The notes: generated from the letters alone by a model not told the origin. A stretch of 64,000 nucleotides of DNA from an uncultured virus (IMG/VR IMGVR_UViG_3300020073_000092) (IMGVR_UViG_3300020073_000092); one strand, 5' to 3'. Positions 20,701 to 31,520 are shown, counted from the stretch's first letter. Made by a program: numbers and translations.

Positions 20701-21861
20701 ATGATTTATTATGGCAAACAAAATGTAAATGATGAAGATATACAGAGTGTTGTAGAAGTGCTTCGTTCAGATTTCCTGACGCAAGGGCCTATGATTGAAC
20801 GCTTTGAGCGATGTGTAGCGGATTATTGTGGTGCAAAATATGCAGTAGCAGTTACAAACGCTACATCTGCTCTGCATATTGCCTGCCTGGCTGCTGGTTT
20901 GGACAGGGGAGATGTCTTGTGGACAAGTCCTATAACCTTTGTAGCTTCAGCTAATTGTGGACGTTATTGTGGAGCAGATGTTGATTTTGTGGATATTGAC
21001 ATCGATACCTACAATATAAGTGTAGAAAAGCTCGAAGAAAAGCTAAAGGATGCCAAGCAGGCAGACAAGCTTCCTAAGGTTGTTGTTCCTGTGCATATGG
21101 CAGGACAATCATGTGATATGAAACGTATATGGGAATTGGCAAAGGAGTATGGTTTTACCGTGCTGGAGGATGCTTCTCATGGTGTAGGGGCAGATTATAT
21201 GGGCGGCAAAGTTGGCTCATGCCAATTCTCGGATATGGCTGTGTTCAGTTTCCATCCAGTGAAGATTATTACTACCGGCGAGGGTGGGATGGTTCTTACG
21301 AACAACAAGGCACTATATGATAAACTGTGTCTTTATCGCAGTCATGGCATCACGAGAAATCCTGATCTCATGACTCACGAAGCTGATGGCTCCTGGTATT
21401 ACCAGCAGCTGGAGCTGGGCTTCAACTATCGTATGACAGACATACAGGCATCGCTTGGCTATAGTCAGATGAAGCGCTTGGAGGAGTTTGTGCAGCGGCG
21501 TCGTTACCTGACAGACAGATATAATGACTTGCTGAAGGGCTTGCCCGTTACTTTGCCGGGCGTTATTCCTGATGCGAATCCGTCTTGGCATATATATTCT
21601 GTACGGGTGCAGCTTGATCGGGTCAAGCTCACCAAGAAGGAAATATTCGGGGAAATGCGTAAGCGCGGCTTTGTGCTGAATCTGCACTATATTCCGGTGC
21701 ATACGCAGCCGTACTATGAGAAGCTTGGGCACAAGAAGGAGGAATGCCCGGAAGCCATGCGCTATTATGAAGAAGCGTTGACATTGCCGCTTTACTTTTC
21801 CTTGACAGATAAGCAGCAGGAGGAAGTAGTTAAAAATCTGAGAGAGGTCTTAACGCTATGA
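20701..21861 (+). CDS. pseC: UDP-4-amino-4,6-dideoxy-N-acetyl-beta-L-altrosamine transaminase
   Basis: YGKQ, LTQGP, SFHPVKIITTGEGG and GFNYR motifs. Confidence 0.95.
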   Translation: MIYYGKQNVNDEDIQSVVEVLRSDFLTQGPMIERFERCVADYCGAKYAVAVTNATSALHIACLAAGLDRGDVLWTSPITFVASANCGRYCGADVDFVDIDIDTYNISVEKLEEKLKDAKQADKLPKVVVPVHMAGQSCDMKRIWELAKEYGFTVLEDASHGVGADYMGGKVGSCQFSDMAVFSFHPVKIITTGEGGMVLTNNKALYDKLCLYRSHGITRNPDLMTHEADGSWYYQQLELGFNYRMTDIQASLGYSQMKRLEEFVQRRRYLTDRYNDLLKGLPVTLPGVIPDANPSWHIYSVRVQLDRVKLTKKEIFGEMRKRGFVLNLHYIPVHTQPYYEKLGHKKEECPEAMRYYEEALTLPLYFSLTDKQQEEVVKNLREVLTL

Positions 21862-22562
21862 GTGCTGTTGCTGTTATAACTGCCCGTGGAGGCAGCAAGC
21901 GTATTCCCAGGAAGAATATAAAGAATTTTTGTGGAAAACCAATTCTGGCATACTCTATAGAAGCAGCATTAGAGAGTAATCTGTTTGATGAGGTGATGGT
22001 TTCCACAGACGATGATGAGATAGCAGAGATTGCTGAAAAATATGGTGCGAAAGTGCCTTTTCGGCGTAGCGCAGAGACATCGGATGATTGCAGTAATGTC
22101 GATGATGTATTGCGGGAAGTACTCGCAACATATAAGACGCAGGGGCGAATTTTTCAAGAGATGTGTTGTTTATATGCCACTGCACCTTTTGTGGATGGTG
22201 AGAAGTTGATACAGGCACATGACAAATTGTGTGGAGATGTGGAGCAGGTGTTGGCGGTAGCAGAGTATGCTTTTCCACCTCAGCGTAGCAATGTCATTAG
22301 AGATGGGTATTTGGTGTATGCCCACCCTGAATTTTACACAACTAGAAGCCAGGACTTGGAGCCGGTTTACCATGATGCAGGTCAATTTGCTTTTTACAGG
22401 CTATCGGCTTATATGACGTTCAGCGATAATCGTATTGTACCTTATATTTTGCCAGAACTCGAGGTGCAGGACATAGATAATCCATCTGATTGGCAACTGG
22501 CAGAGATGAAGTTTCAGTTAATGCAGCAGAAGAAAGGAAGCAGACATGTTTCATCTGCATGA
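21858..22562 (+). CDS. pseF: Pseudaminic acid cytidylyltransferase
   Basis: ARGGSKRIPRKN, RSQDLE..YHDAGQF and QDID motifs. Confidence 0.9.
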   Translation: MSAVAVITARGGSKRIPRKNIKNFCGKPILAYSIEAALESNLFDEVMVSTDDDEIAEIAEKYGAKVPFRRSAETSDDCSNVDDVLREVLATYKTQGRIFQEMCCLYATAPFVDGEKLIQAHDKLCGDVEQVLAVAEYAFPPQRSNVIRDGYLVYAHPEFYTTRSQDLEPVYHDAGQFAFYRLSAYMTFSDNRIVPYILPELEVQDIDNPSDWQLAEMKFQLMQQKKGSRHVSSA

Positions 22563-23577
22563 AAAAATAAGTAGTGGTGGTATCTACATCATAGCAGAAA
22601 TGAGTGCTAACCATGCTGGGCAGTTGGAAAAAGCTATGGAGATAGTGAAAGCTGCTAAAGAGGCTGGTGCTGATTGTCTCAAAATACAGACATACACGGC
22701 AGATACCATCACTATTGACTGTGAGGCACCTTGTTTTCAAATTCATGGTGGTTTATGGGATGGTTACAATCTTCACGACCTTTACGAAGAGGCGTTTACA
22801 CCGTGGGAATGGCAACCGAAGATTAAGGAGTACTGTGAGAAGATAGGTTTGGACTTTTTGAGTACCCCTTTTGATTTTACGGCGGTCGATTTCTTGTCTG
22901 GGATGAACTGCGAGGCATATAAGATTGCCTCCTTTGAGTTGGTGGATATCCCCTTGATTGAATATGCGGCAAGACTTGGCAAGACCATGATTATCAGTTG
23001 CGGTATGGGGAGCAAGGGGGAAATTCAGGAGGCACTGGATGCATGCCATCGTGCGGGTAACGACGATGTTGTTCTATTGAAGTGCTGTAGTGAGTATCCT
23101 ACTAATCCAACTAACTTGAACCTTGCCACATTAAGTGACATGCAGTCTTTTGGCGTACCCTTAGGGCTTTCAGACCATAGCATGGGGCACATGGCCGATG
23201 TAGTAGCAGTCGCCCAAGGTGCATGTGTGATTGAAAAACATTTCTGTCTTTCAAGGAATGAAAAAAGCCAGGATTCAGCCTTTTCAATGGAGCCAGCAGA
23301 ATTTAAGGCCATGGTGAAAGCAGTGCAGGAAGCTACTCTGATGCGTGGGAAAGTCCAGTATGGGCCAACTGAAGCAGAGGCAGAGGAGTACAAGTGCCGC
23401 CGTAGCCTTTTTGCAGTGCAGGATATTCCGGCAGGGACGATACTTACTAATGAGAACGTTCGTAGCATACGTCCATATGATGGCTTGCCACCCAAATACC
23501 TGCCCCAGGTGTTGGGCAAGACGGCGAAAGTTGACATTGCCTTTGGAACACCTCTTTCGTGGGAACTTGTGGAGTGA
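22546..23577 (+). CDS. pseI: Pseudaminic acid synthase
   Basis: IAEMSANH, KIQTY, KIASFE, SDHS and EKHF motifs; C-terminal SAF-like domain. Confidence 0.92.
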   Translation: MFHLHEKISSGGIYIIAEMSANHAGQLEKAMEIVKAAKEAGADCLKIQTYTADTITIDCEAPCFQIHGGLWDGYNLHDLYEEAFTPWEWQPKIKEYCEKIGLDFLSTPFDFTAVDFLSGMNCEAYKIASFELVDIPLIEYAARLGKTMIISCGMGSKGEIQEALDACHRAGNDDVVLLKCCSEYPTNPTNLNLATLSDMQSFGVPLGLSDHSMGHMADVVAVAQGACVIEKHFCLSRNEKSQDSAFSMEPAEFKAMVKAVQEATLMRGKVQYGPTEAEAEEYKCRRSLFAVQDIPAGTILTNENVRSIRPYDGLPPKYLPQVLGKTAKVDIAFGTPLSWELVE

Positions 23578-23583
23578 GATAAA

Positions 23584-24342
23584 GTGAAAGTAGCGATGAT
23601 GCAGCCGACTTTTCTTCCTTGGCTTGGATATTTTGAACTGATAATGAAAGTGGATTTATTCGTCTTTTGTGATGATTTTCAGTTTGTTCGAAAAAGCTAC
23701 CATCAAAGAAACAGATTGCTTTTTGGAAAACAAAATGTTACTGACATTACGGTTCCAGTCAAGAAAAAGGGCGTATATCAGCAGAAAATAAATGAGGTCG
23801 AAATCCGGGAGGACTTGCCGTGGCGTACCAAGTTGTGGAAAAGTATAGAATTAAACTATCACAAAACGCCATATTTCTCAGCATATAAAGACAAAATAGA
23901 GCCATTGATAGTGCAGCCTAAAGAAAATTTAGCAAAACAAAATATGGAGTTGATAGAATGCATAAGTTCTCTTATAGGAGCTAAAACTGAATTTATACGG
24001 AGTTCTGAACTTCACGCTATAGGAGCGCGCTCAGAACTTGTGAAGAATCTTTTGCATGAAGTTCATGCGGACAGCTTTTATCAAGCACACGGTTCGTTTC
24101 CCTATATGAATGAAGATGGTGTTTTCCCGTTGCGTGATATTCCAGTGTATTTCCAGGATGCGGTTCCTATACCTTATAGACAATATAATAATAGTACTGG
24201 ACAATTTGTTCCATATCTTTCGGTTTTGGATGTTCTTTTCAATATCGGAGCAGAAGACACGGCCAAGATTGCTTCCTGCATGACGGAGCACTGGCTGGCT
24301 TGGACTGAAATGTTAAATATACATCAGACATATCATGTCTGA
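23584..24342 (+). CDS. WbqC family protein
   Basis: MQPTFLPWLGYF, DDFQF, RNR and LSVLDVLFN motifs. Confidence 0.9.
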   Translation: MKVAMMQPTFLPWLGYFELIMKVDLFVFCDDFQFVRKSYHQRNRLLFGKQNVTDITVPVKKKGVYQQKINEVEIREDLPWRTKLWKSIELNYHKTPYFSAYKDKIEPLIVQPKENLAKQNMELIECISSLIGAKTEFIRSSELHAIGARSELVKNLLHEVHADSFYQAHGSFPYMNEDGVFPLRDIPVYFQDAVPIPYRQYNNSTGQFVPYLSVLDVLFNIGAEDTAKIASCMTEHWLAWTEMLNIHQTYHV

Positions 24343-24380
24343 TAAAATGCTCATCTCAGATTTTAGCAGGAGTGGACGTG

Positions 24381-25493
24381 ATGGAGAAGAAAAGGGTTGG
24401 CATTATTACATTGCATAACTGGTTCAATTATGGCTCGATGTTGCAGTCGTATGCAGGACAGAAAAATATTGAGGCATTGGGTTATGAATGTGAACTTATT
24501 GATTTCAGACATCCGCGTGTTGATAACAATCGTTCATATAAGCTATATAAGCCATCTGAAGAAGATGCTGAGATTGCGAAAAGATTTCGCGGGGAGTTAG
24601 TGAGGCGAAAAGCAGCTTTTGAAAGCTGGTTGCCTTTATACAATCTTAGTCCGCGCCTGTACAGTTCTGAGGAGGAACTGAAAGGAAACAAGGATTATGA
24701 TATCTATGCCACTGGCAGCGACCAAATCTGGAATGTGAATTTCCGCATGGCTTCCAGTGCATACTTTCTGGCTTTTACGGATTCTCACAATAAGGTAGCG
24801 TTGGCTTCTTCTATTGGTCGTTGCAAGTGGGAGATGTTGGGAAACTATGCACAGCATATAGAAAAATTCCGTCAAGTTTACATTAGGGAGCAAGCAGGGG
24901 CTGATTATCTGTCTGAGCATTTGCCGCATATGAAGGATAGGATTGGCGTGATGTTAGATCCAACCCTCCTGGTGAGTAGGGAGGATTGGGAGGCAGTTGC
25001 CAGAGAGTCTTCTTTCGGAGAATGCAGTAGGGGAGACTATATTGCTTGTTATGCTACTTTGGATGAAGAAATGGAGCATATGCTGCCCATGCTTGAGAAA
25101 CTTCATCGCCTTACGGGGCTGAAGGTTGCTCTATTTGGCATGATGCAGCCCCGGTTTGCAGATTATATCGAAAATGTGGTGGATGTAGGCCCTCGTGAAT
25201 GGCTTTCGCTTATTGCCAATGCTTCTTTTGTCCTAACCCATTCCTTCCATGGCACAGCTTTTTCCTTGAAATTTCAGCGACCGTTCATTACTTACAATGA
25301 CAATTTGGAGAATCCACGTAAGGAAGGTATCTTAAAGAAGTTTGGCTTGCTTGGCCGTATTGCTCATCAGGCAAACGAGATAGAGGAAATTTATAAGACG
25401 GCAATAGATTTTGAGACTGTTGGGAAATATATGAAGGTTGATATAGAAGAATCTCGGGATAAGCTGAGGAGGGCTCTTGATGGTTGCAGATGA
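24381..25493 (+). CDS. Polysaccharide pyruvyl transferase family protein
   Basis: NYGSMLQ, GSDQIWN, DPTLL and SFHGT motifs. Confidence 0.88.
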   Translation: MEKKRVGIITLHNWFNYGSMLQSYAGQKNIEALGYECELIDFRHPRVDNNRSYKLYKPSEEDAEIAKRFRGELVRRKAAFESWLPLYNLSPRLYSSEEELKGNKDYDIYATGSDQIWNVNFRMASSAYFLAFTDSHNKVALASSIGRCKWEMLGNYAQHIEKFRQVYIREQAGADYLSEHLPHMKDRIGVMLDPTLLVSREDWEAVARESSFGECSRGDYIACYATLDEEMEHMLPMLEKLHRLTGLKVALFGMMQPRFADYIENVVDVGPREWLSLIANASFVLTHSFHGTAFSLKFQRPFITYNDNLENPRKEGILKKFGLLGRIAHQANEIEEIYKTAIDFETVGKYMKVDIEESRDKLRRALDGCR

Positions 25494-26586
25494 GAAATGC
25501 ACCGGCTGTGGTGCCTGCAGGGTGGCTTGTCCTATGGGAGCTATAGCCTTGAAGGAAGAGACGGGAGGATTGAAGCCACGCATAGATAGAGAACTGTGTA
25601 CTGAGTGTGGTGCTTGTGAGAGAGTCTGTCCGGTGGCTGGCAAGGCTGTTATTCCCCAGCATTCCATGAGGAAAGCTGATCTGTTTGTGAACAATAATTT
25701 CTTTGATAGGGGCGTTTCCTCGTCAGGAGGTTTTTTCAAGGCCTTATCCGATTATGTCTTCTCTAAGCATGGTGTGGTGTATGGCGCAGCATGGTGCAAC
25801 GAATATACTGCGGTCAACATGGTGCGGATAAAGAACCCGGATGATATCTATCAGTGCATGGAGAGCAAGTACATACAGGCAGATACATGCAATACCTTCC
25901 ACGAGGTGGAAGAAGATTTGCGTTCGGGGCGTTTGGTTCTTTATGCGGGAACTCCCTGCCAGATAGCTGGCTTGCATGGCTGTTTGGGGCAGGATTATGA
26001 AAATCTGCTGACACTAGAGGTGTTTTGCCATGGTGTTCCAGCGGTACATCTTTGGCAGTCATACTTGCGAGATTATCATGGGCATGAGGATGTTATTCGA
26101 TATGTGCATTTCCGATACAAGAGGCGTGGTTGGTGGGAAGCACAAATGAAAATACAGTACGCTCACAATGAATATTTGTCTTCATTTAGGAATACAAACG
26201 ATTCCTATATGTTTGTATTCCTAAATAACTACTCTCTTAATCAGGCTTGCTATGACTGTCCTTTCCGTAAGAGGGAACATGCCGGGGATTTTTACATCGG
26301 AGACGCCTGGAACATTAATAAGATCAAGCAAAACATGGATGATGACCGTGGCATTTCTATGGTGGTGACTTTGACTGAAAAAGCGGAAAAAATCCTGTCT
26401 GAAGTTTCCAAGGGAAACAACGTCTTTCCAGTGACTTTGGAAGAGGGCGTATGTAGTTCTAAGGATTTGTTTCAGTCTAAGATGCGCCCTGCTATATGGG
26501 AGAAATTTCAGCAAAAAGTATGGGATGAAGGTTTCAAATCAGCATACGAACTAATCATGGAGGAACGGTCAACAAATGGAAAATAG
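25480..26586 (+). CDS. F420 hydrogenase/dehydrogenase beta-subunit-like Fe-S protein
   Basis: Two CxxCxxCxxxCP motifs, SSSGG, GTPCQ, CHGVP. Confidence 0.88.
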   Translation: MVADEKCTGCGACRVACPMGAIALKEETGGLKPRIDRELCTECGACERVCPVAGKAVIPQHSMRKADLFVNNNFFDRGVSSSGGFFKALSDYVFSKHGVVYGAAWCNEYTAVNMVRIKNPDDIYQCMESKYIQADTCNTFHEVEEDLRSGRLVLYAGTPCQIAGLHGCLGQDYENLLTLEVFCHGVPAVHLWQSYLRDYHGHEDVIRYVHFRYKRRGWWEAQMKIQYAHNEYLSSFRNTNDSYMFVFLNNYSLNQACYDCPFRKREHAGDFYIGDAWNINKIKQNMDDDRGISMVVTLTEKAEKILSEVSKGNNVFPVTLEEGVCSSKDLFQSKMRPAIWEKFQQKVWDEGFKSAYELIMEERSTNGK

Positions 26587-27268
26587 AAAACTATGGAATG
26601 AACTTTATAAGGAAGCAAGGCATCGCATTAAATATCCTGCTGAAAATGTCATACGCTTCGTGCGTAAAAATTTTATTTGTAATGGAAAGGAAAAAATATT
26701 GGATTTAGGTTGTGGAGCGGGACGGCATGTGATTTATCTTGCCGATACGAACATCGTCCCATACGGGGGGGATTTCTCTGCTTCTGGCGTGGCCTATACA
26801 AAAGATATACTGGAGCAACTGGATTACAGCCAGTTTGTTGGCAACATTATAGAGACCACAACCTACAACCTGCCTTTTGAAGATGATTATTTTGATGGCC
26901 TGATCTGCTGGGGCGTCCTTTACTATATGGACAAGACACATATCAAAGAAAGTGTGCGAGAAATATACAGGGTGCTGAAAAAAAATGCTTTGGCATTGGT
27001 GCTCATAAGGACTGTGGAAGATTACCGCTGTCAAGATGCCAAAAGGCGCGGTGCAAAAGAGGTTGAGGAACGTACTTTCATGCTGGAGGAACATGAGACA
27101 GCCAAGTCCGCAGCTAAGGAGGACGGTATGCTTATGCATTTCTTCACAAGGGATGAGGTGCAGGAGCTTTTTGCCGATTTTAGTGAGATTACGGTGGATA
27201 CAGTGACTCAGACACATGAGAATGGCAGCTATCAGGATCAGGATTTCCTGATTACGCTGAAAAAGTGA
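26576..27268 (+). CDS. Class I SAM-dependent methyltransferase
   Basis: LDLGCGAGRH and LPFEDDYFD motifs. Confidence 0.88.
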   Translation: MENRKLWNELYKEARHRIKYPAENVIRFVRKNFICNGKEKILDLGCGAGRHVIYLADTNIVPYGGDFSASGVAYTKDILEQLDYSQFVGNIIETTTYNLPFEDDYFDGLICWGVLYYMDKTHIKESVREIYRVLKKNALALVLIRTVEDYRCQDAKRRGAKEVEERTFMLEEHETAKSAAKEDGMLMHFFTRDEVQELFADFSEITVDTVTQTHENGSYQDQDFLITLKK

Positions 27269-27293
27269 TTTGCAGCAGAGGTGGGATTCAGCC

Positions 27294-29288
27294 ATGGTGG
27301 TTATCAGGGCGGACGGCAATGGAAAAATAGGCATGGGGCATTATATGCGCTGTTTTGCCATTGCCTATGAACTCAGGCGGCGAGGGGAAGAAGTGTGTTT
27401 CCTTCTGGCGCCGGATGCGGATGCAGGTGCAGTCAGGGAACAAGGATATCCTTTGCATCAGCTGGAAAAGATAGCCGAGCCTTTAGGCTGGGACGCTGCA
27501 GAGGCTGCTGAATGGCTGAAAGGGCAAGAGCAGGCCACTGTTTTTATAGATACCTACCGCATTGATAGCGAAGCAATGGCTCTATTGTCTGATGCGGCGC
27601 ATAATGCTTGCTATATGGATGACCTCTATGCTTTCGATTACCCTATTGCAAACATAATCAACTACAATTTGGAGGCGGGGAAGGAATCCTATCAAGGTCT
27701 GCTGACAAGCAAAACTGAACTGTATATCGGGCCGGCTTACTATCCAGTGCGGGAAGAAATATTGCATGCCAAGGTTAAGCATTTGCGTTTAAAAGCAAGA
27801 CGGATACTTATCACCACAGGAGCCACAGACCCTTTGCACATAGAACTGGCTCTGTTGAAAAGAATAGTGCAGGACAAGCAATTGCTTGCCTTGGAATTAA
27901 TCGTTCAGTGCGGACTGTATTACGAAAAAGATTATCTGGAGGAACTTCAGGAGTTTTCAGCACAGTATGATTGTATTCGTTTGCAGGGATGGACTAAGGA
28001 TATGGGAGCACTGTACGCTTCCTGCGATATTTGTATTGCCCCCGGCTCTAGTTCCATGAGTGAGGCAATGACAGTAGGTATTCCCTGTATCAGTTTTGCT
28101 TTTGTGGATAATCATTTGAATCAATGCCATATCATGGACGAAAAAGGGTTGGCTCCATATGCAGGAGATTTTCGTAAGGAGTCGGAGAAAGTTTGCCAAA
28201 GGATAGAACACTTCCTGTTGTATTTTTTGGATATTGAAAATCGAAATTTTGCGAGGGCTCAATTTGCTGGAGTATTTGACGGCAAGGGCGCGGCCAGGAT
28301 TGCAAAGATTCTGGCCGCGCCACAGCGCAAAGTGCGCCACAGCGCAAATGAAAAGTGCAGAAGAATTATAGGCATTAGAGCTTCTGCAATTATCTATAAT
28401 TTTATTCTTTCAAATCATGTTCAAGGCACTGTTTTGATGCCTGCCAACATTTGCGAGTGTGTGCCAGCCATCTACAAAAAAGCAGGTATGGATTTCCTGT
28501 TTTGTGACATAGAGTTTGGCACCTGGGTGCCGGATGAGGAGGAGATAATATCATTATTGTCCACCCGGGCAGATATAAAGGTGCTTCACTATAATCGCAC
28601 TTATGGCGAAATGGGAGATCACAGCGAATTTTTCCAAGAAGTAAGGAGGAGGTTTCCTTCAGTTATCATTGTTGATGACCGTTGCCTTGCCTTGCCAGAC
28701 TGGCAGGGTAGTGAATGTCAGGCAGACCTTACTATCTATAGTACGGGCAATACAAAACCTGTCTGTGTAGGCAAGGGCGCATTTGCTTTTTTGGGGAAAT
28801 CGTGGAGGTATGAAATGTATCATTTGGAGGGTGATACAGATGCAGCAGATGCGGCTTTTGATGCTTCTATCAAGAGATGCCATGCAGAGCATAAAAGTGC
28901 AGAGTGGGATATTTTATTGGATAACTGGACAGATCCAGCGCAGATGCCGGAGGCAGATTATGAGCAGGTAGTTCTTATGGAACTAGCACATATTATAACA
29001 CATAAGGCTGCAATTAATGGAATTTACAAGAATTTGCCTAATGCATTACCTGATGGGATGCATGACTGGAGGTATAACATATTAGTTAGGAATCAGGATG
29101 AGTGCATGAAAAAGTTATTTCAAGCTGGACTTTTTGCTAGTAGGCACTATCTAGGATTGGGTAATGGGTACTTTAGTGAAAAAAGTATGTTTAATTGTGA
29201 TTGGTTGGCAAAGCATGTAATCAACCTATTTAATGATAACAATTATAATGTAGAAATGGCAAAAAAAACTGTGAAATGCATATTATAA
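27294..29288 (+). CDS. pseG: PseG-like UDP-sugar hydrolase fused to a divergent DegT-like PLP-fold domain
   Basis: IRADG..IGMGHYMRC, MDD, GATD and DGKGAARI motifs; second half has VLMPANIC..VP, IVDDRC and YSTGNTKP. Confidence 0.75.
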   Translation: MVVIRADGNGKIGMGHYMRCFAIAYELRRRGEEVCFLLAPDADAGAVREQGYPLHQLEKIAEPLGWDAAEAAEWLKGQEQATVFIDTYRIDSEAMALLSDAAHNACYMDDLYAFDYPIANIINYNLEAGKESYQGLLTSKTELYIGPAYYPVREEILHAKVKHLRLKARRILITTGATDPLHIELALLKRIVQDKQLLALELIVQCGLYYEKDYLEELQEFSAQYDCIRLQGWTKDMGALYASCDICIAPGSSSMSEAMTVGIPCISFAFVDNHLNQCHIMDEKGLAPYAGDFRKESEKVCQRIEHFLLYFLDIENRNFARAQFAGVFDGKGAARIAKILAAPQRKVRHSANEKCRRIIGIRASAIIYNFILSNHVQGTVLMPANICECVPAIYKKAGMDFLFCDIEFGTWVPDEEEIISLLSTRADIKVLHYNRTYGEMGDHSEFFQEVRRRFPSVIIVDDRCLALPDWQGSECQADLTIYSTGNTKPVCVGKGAFAFLGKSWRYEMYHLEGDTDAADAAFDASIKRCHAEHKSAEWDILLDNWTDPAQMPEADYEQVVLMELAHIITHKAAINGIYKNLPNALPDGMHDWRYNILVRNQDECMKKLFQAGLFASRHYLGLGNGYFSEKSMFNCDWLAKHVINLFNDNNYNVEMAKKTVKCIL

Positions 29289-29348
29289 CAATTTTTAAAC
29301 TAAATATTTGCAATTGAAGATGATTATAGAGGGGGGAAAAATTATATT

Positions 29349-31520
29349 ATGTATATTGAAAAAGGATATAATAAGTTTAATTTCATAGAACTATTGTTAG
29401 CCCTAGCTAATATTAAGATATCTGTAAGTGATGTTAATATCATGCAAGAGAAATATTCGCTGTGTGAAGATTGGAGGAAAAAAATAGAGGGTAAAAAGAT
29501 TGTTTGTTTTTGGTTAAGTCAGTCGGTGATTGTTGGAGATATGAACGCAGATATTTATAGAGCGATGGGGGTCTTGGACTATATAAGGAAAATATGTAAA
29601 CAAAATAAAGAATTCATTATTTGGTGGATAGATGATGGAGCTATGGGAGAATTTATAGAACAAGGTGATAATAATGTGTTGCAAAAAAAATATGACTATC
29701 AACTATTTTTGAATAGTATTAAGGACGATTCGCAGGTTATATATGACAATTCGGGTAAATTTAAAAGAGTTTTGTCTGTAGCTGATATTTTTTTTGGAGA
29801 TGAAGGATATTTGAGTAATGCCTTTCGTCGTGTAAGGAAACCTGTTTTTATTCAAGATGCAAAGCGACAAAATTTTAGTTCTAGTAGATATGTTACTCTT
29901 GACGATTGGTTGAAAAATATAACTGATAAATATCGAAAATCAACATGGAAGGAGCCAAATGGATGGCAGAAAGCTTGCCATGGACGAAAAATAGTGCTTT
30001 ACTATCAGGATGTTGAAGCTCTGATTGGAAGAAGTGAGGCTGTTATAGATAGACTGGAACGCATGTCTAGATTGGCTCAAAAACGTAAAAAAATATGCTT
30101 TTACTGGTGCGGTAGTCAAAATAATGAAAAAGTAGTATCAATATTACCAGAAAAACTAAAGAAGCGTTATAGAGAGTGTCAGCAAATCTTCCATAAAGAA
30201 GAAAATTGTATTGTTGACACAATTAATACGATAATAGATTCACTGCCGATAGTGGATGCTTATTATGGTGATGATGGTATATGGATAGATGAATTTCTAG
30301 AATTTGGTAAAAATGTTATACATCAGTCATATGATTTGCGCGCAAATGAAGAATTGATAATGCCTACATTGCTTGAAAGTTCTTTTTTATTGAATTATAT
30401 TGATGGTGTTTGGGTAGGTGATGCTTATTATTTTACTTCTTGGTATGGTGGTAACGGATTATTTTATGTAATAAAAGGAACCAGAAGTGCCCGTTTTGTC
30501 TCGCATATCCCAATTAGTAATAATACGGAGCGTAATAATCTATTTTGCGCAATTGAACATTATGAAGGAAAGCTCTTTTTAATTCCTACTAAGGCTAGAG
30601 AACTTATGATTTACGATTTATGTAGTGGGGAGTGGAATAGAATTGGAATCAGTCGTAAATATATGTGGGACAGCTTCAGCCTTTTTTCGAGAGCTATTAG
30701 ACAAGAAAACATAATTTGGCTAATGCCTCTTAGTTATTATGCTATAGGAAGATTGGATTTAAAGTCTAAGAAGCTAAAGTTGATAGGTGGATGGGGGGGA
30801 GATGTTCAGCCATATATTTATAATCCGGATTCACAGCATTTCGTAGGGGCAGTAAAATCTAGAGAACATATATGTTTTGGTGCTTATCAAAGTAATCATA
30901 TTATTGTGCTATCTATAAGAAATCAAGACGTCAGAGTAGAACGTCTTGAGATAATTGGATGCGGATTGACAGGAATTTGTACTGATGGAGAAGATTTTTG
31001 GCTTGTTGCTAGAGATGGCGATGGAAGTATATATCAATGGTCACCCCAAAATGGTATTAAAGGGAAAATAAGTGGAATATTGCCTGATTCGTTTGATGGA
31101 CAATTGTTATATCAAGGAGGAAACTTGTGGTTATTTTCAGCATGTGATGATAGTTATATAAAGTATAATATTAAATCCAGGCGTATTTCTAAGCGTGAAC
31201 ATTATCTTCCAATTCATTTGCAAGGTAAATTGAATTTACGTAAAGCGTATGTGGATGATAAATATTTATATTTCCTTCCTAATATGTCAGAAGAATTTTT
31301 ACGTATAAATGTAAAAACAGAAGAAGTAGAAATTATGACGATTAAACTAGATGAAAATGATTTGAGAAGCTTTATGAAAGAGCAGTTCAATGGAAATGAA
31401 TTCAAGGATAATGATTTTTATAGTGATAATGAGATGGCTTCTTATCTGGAAGAGTGTAACCTGCAATTAGAACGGTTGAATTTGGCTGGAAAAAAGATTT
31501 ATGAGAATTTTACAAATTGA
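29349..31520 (+). CDS. Hypothetical protein: two degenerate glycerophosphotransferase-like C-terminal domains plus a beta-propeller-like region
   Basis: Repeats W..KI.GKKI...ADIFFGDEG and W......RKIVLY...DAYYGDDG resemble the C-terminus of 14513-15781. Confidence 0.55.
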   Translation: MYIEKGYNKFNFIELLLALANIKISVSDVNIMQEKYSLCEDWRKKIEGKKIVCFWLSQSVIVGDMNADIYRAMGVLDYIRKICKQNKEFIIWWIDDGAMGEFIEQGDNNVLQKKYDYQLFLNSIKDDSQVIYDNSGKFKRVLSVADIFFGDEGYLSNAFRRVRKPVFIQDAKRQNFSSSRYVTLDDWLKNITDKYRKSTWKEPNGWQKACHGRKIVLYYQDVEALIGRSEAVIDRLERMSRLAQKRKKICFYWCGSQNNEKVVSILPEKLKKRYRECQQIFHKEENCIVDTINTIIDSLPIVDAYYGDDGIWIDEFLEFGKNVIHQSYDLRANEELIMPTLLESSFLLNYIDGVWVGDAYYFTSWYGGNGLFYVIKGTRSARFVSHIPISNNTERNNLFCAIEHYEGKLFLIPTKARELMIYDLCSGEWNRIGISRKYMWDSFSLFSRAIRQENIIWLMPLSYYAIGRLDLKSKKLKLIGGWGGDVQPYIYNPDSQHFVGAVKSREHICFGAYQSNHIIVLSIRNQDVRVERLEIIGCGLTGICTDGEDFWLVARDGDGSIYQWSPQNGIKGKISGILPDSFDGQLLYQGGNLWLFSACDDSYIKYNIKSRRISKREHYLPIHLQGKLNLRKAYVDDKYLYFLPNMSEEFLRINVKTEEVEIMTIKLDENDLRSFMKEQFNGNEFKDNDFYSDNEMASYLEECNLQLERLNLAGKKIYENFTN

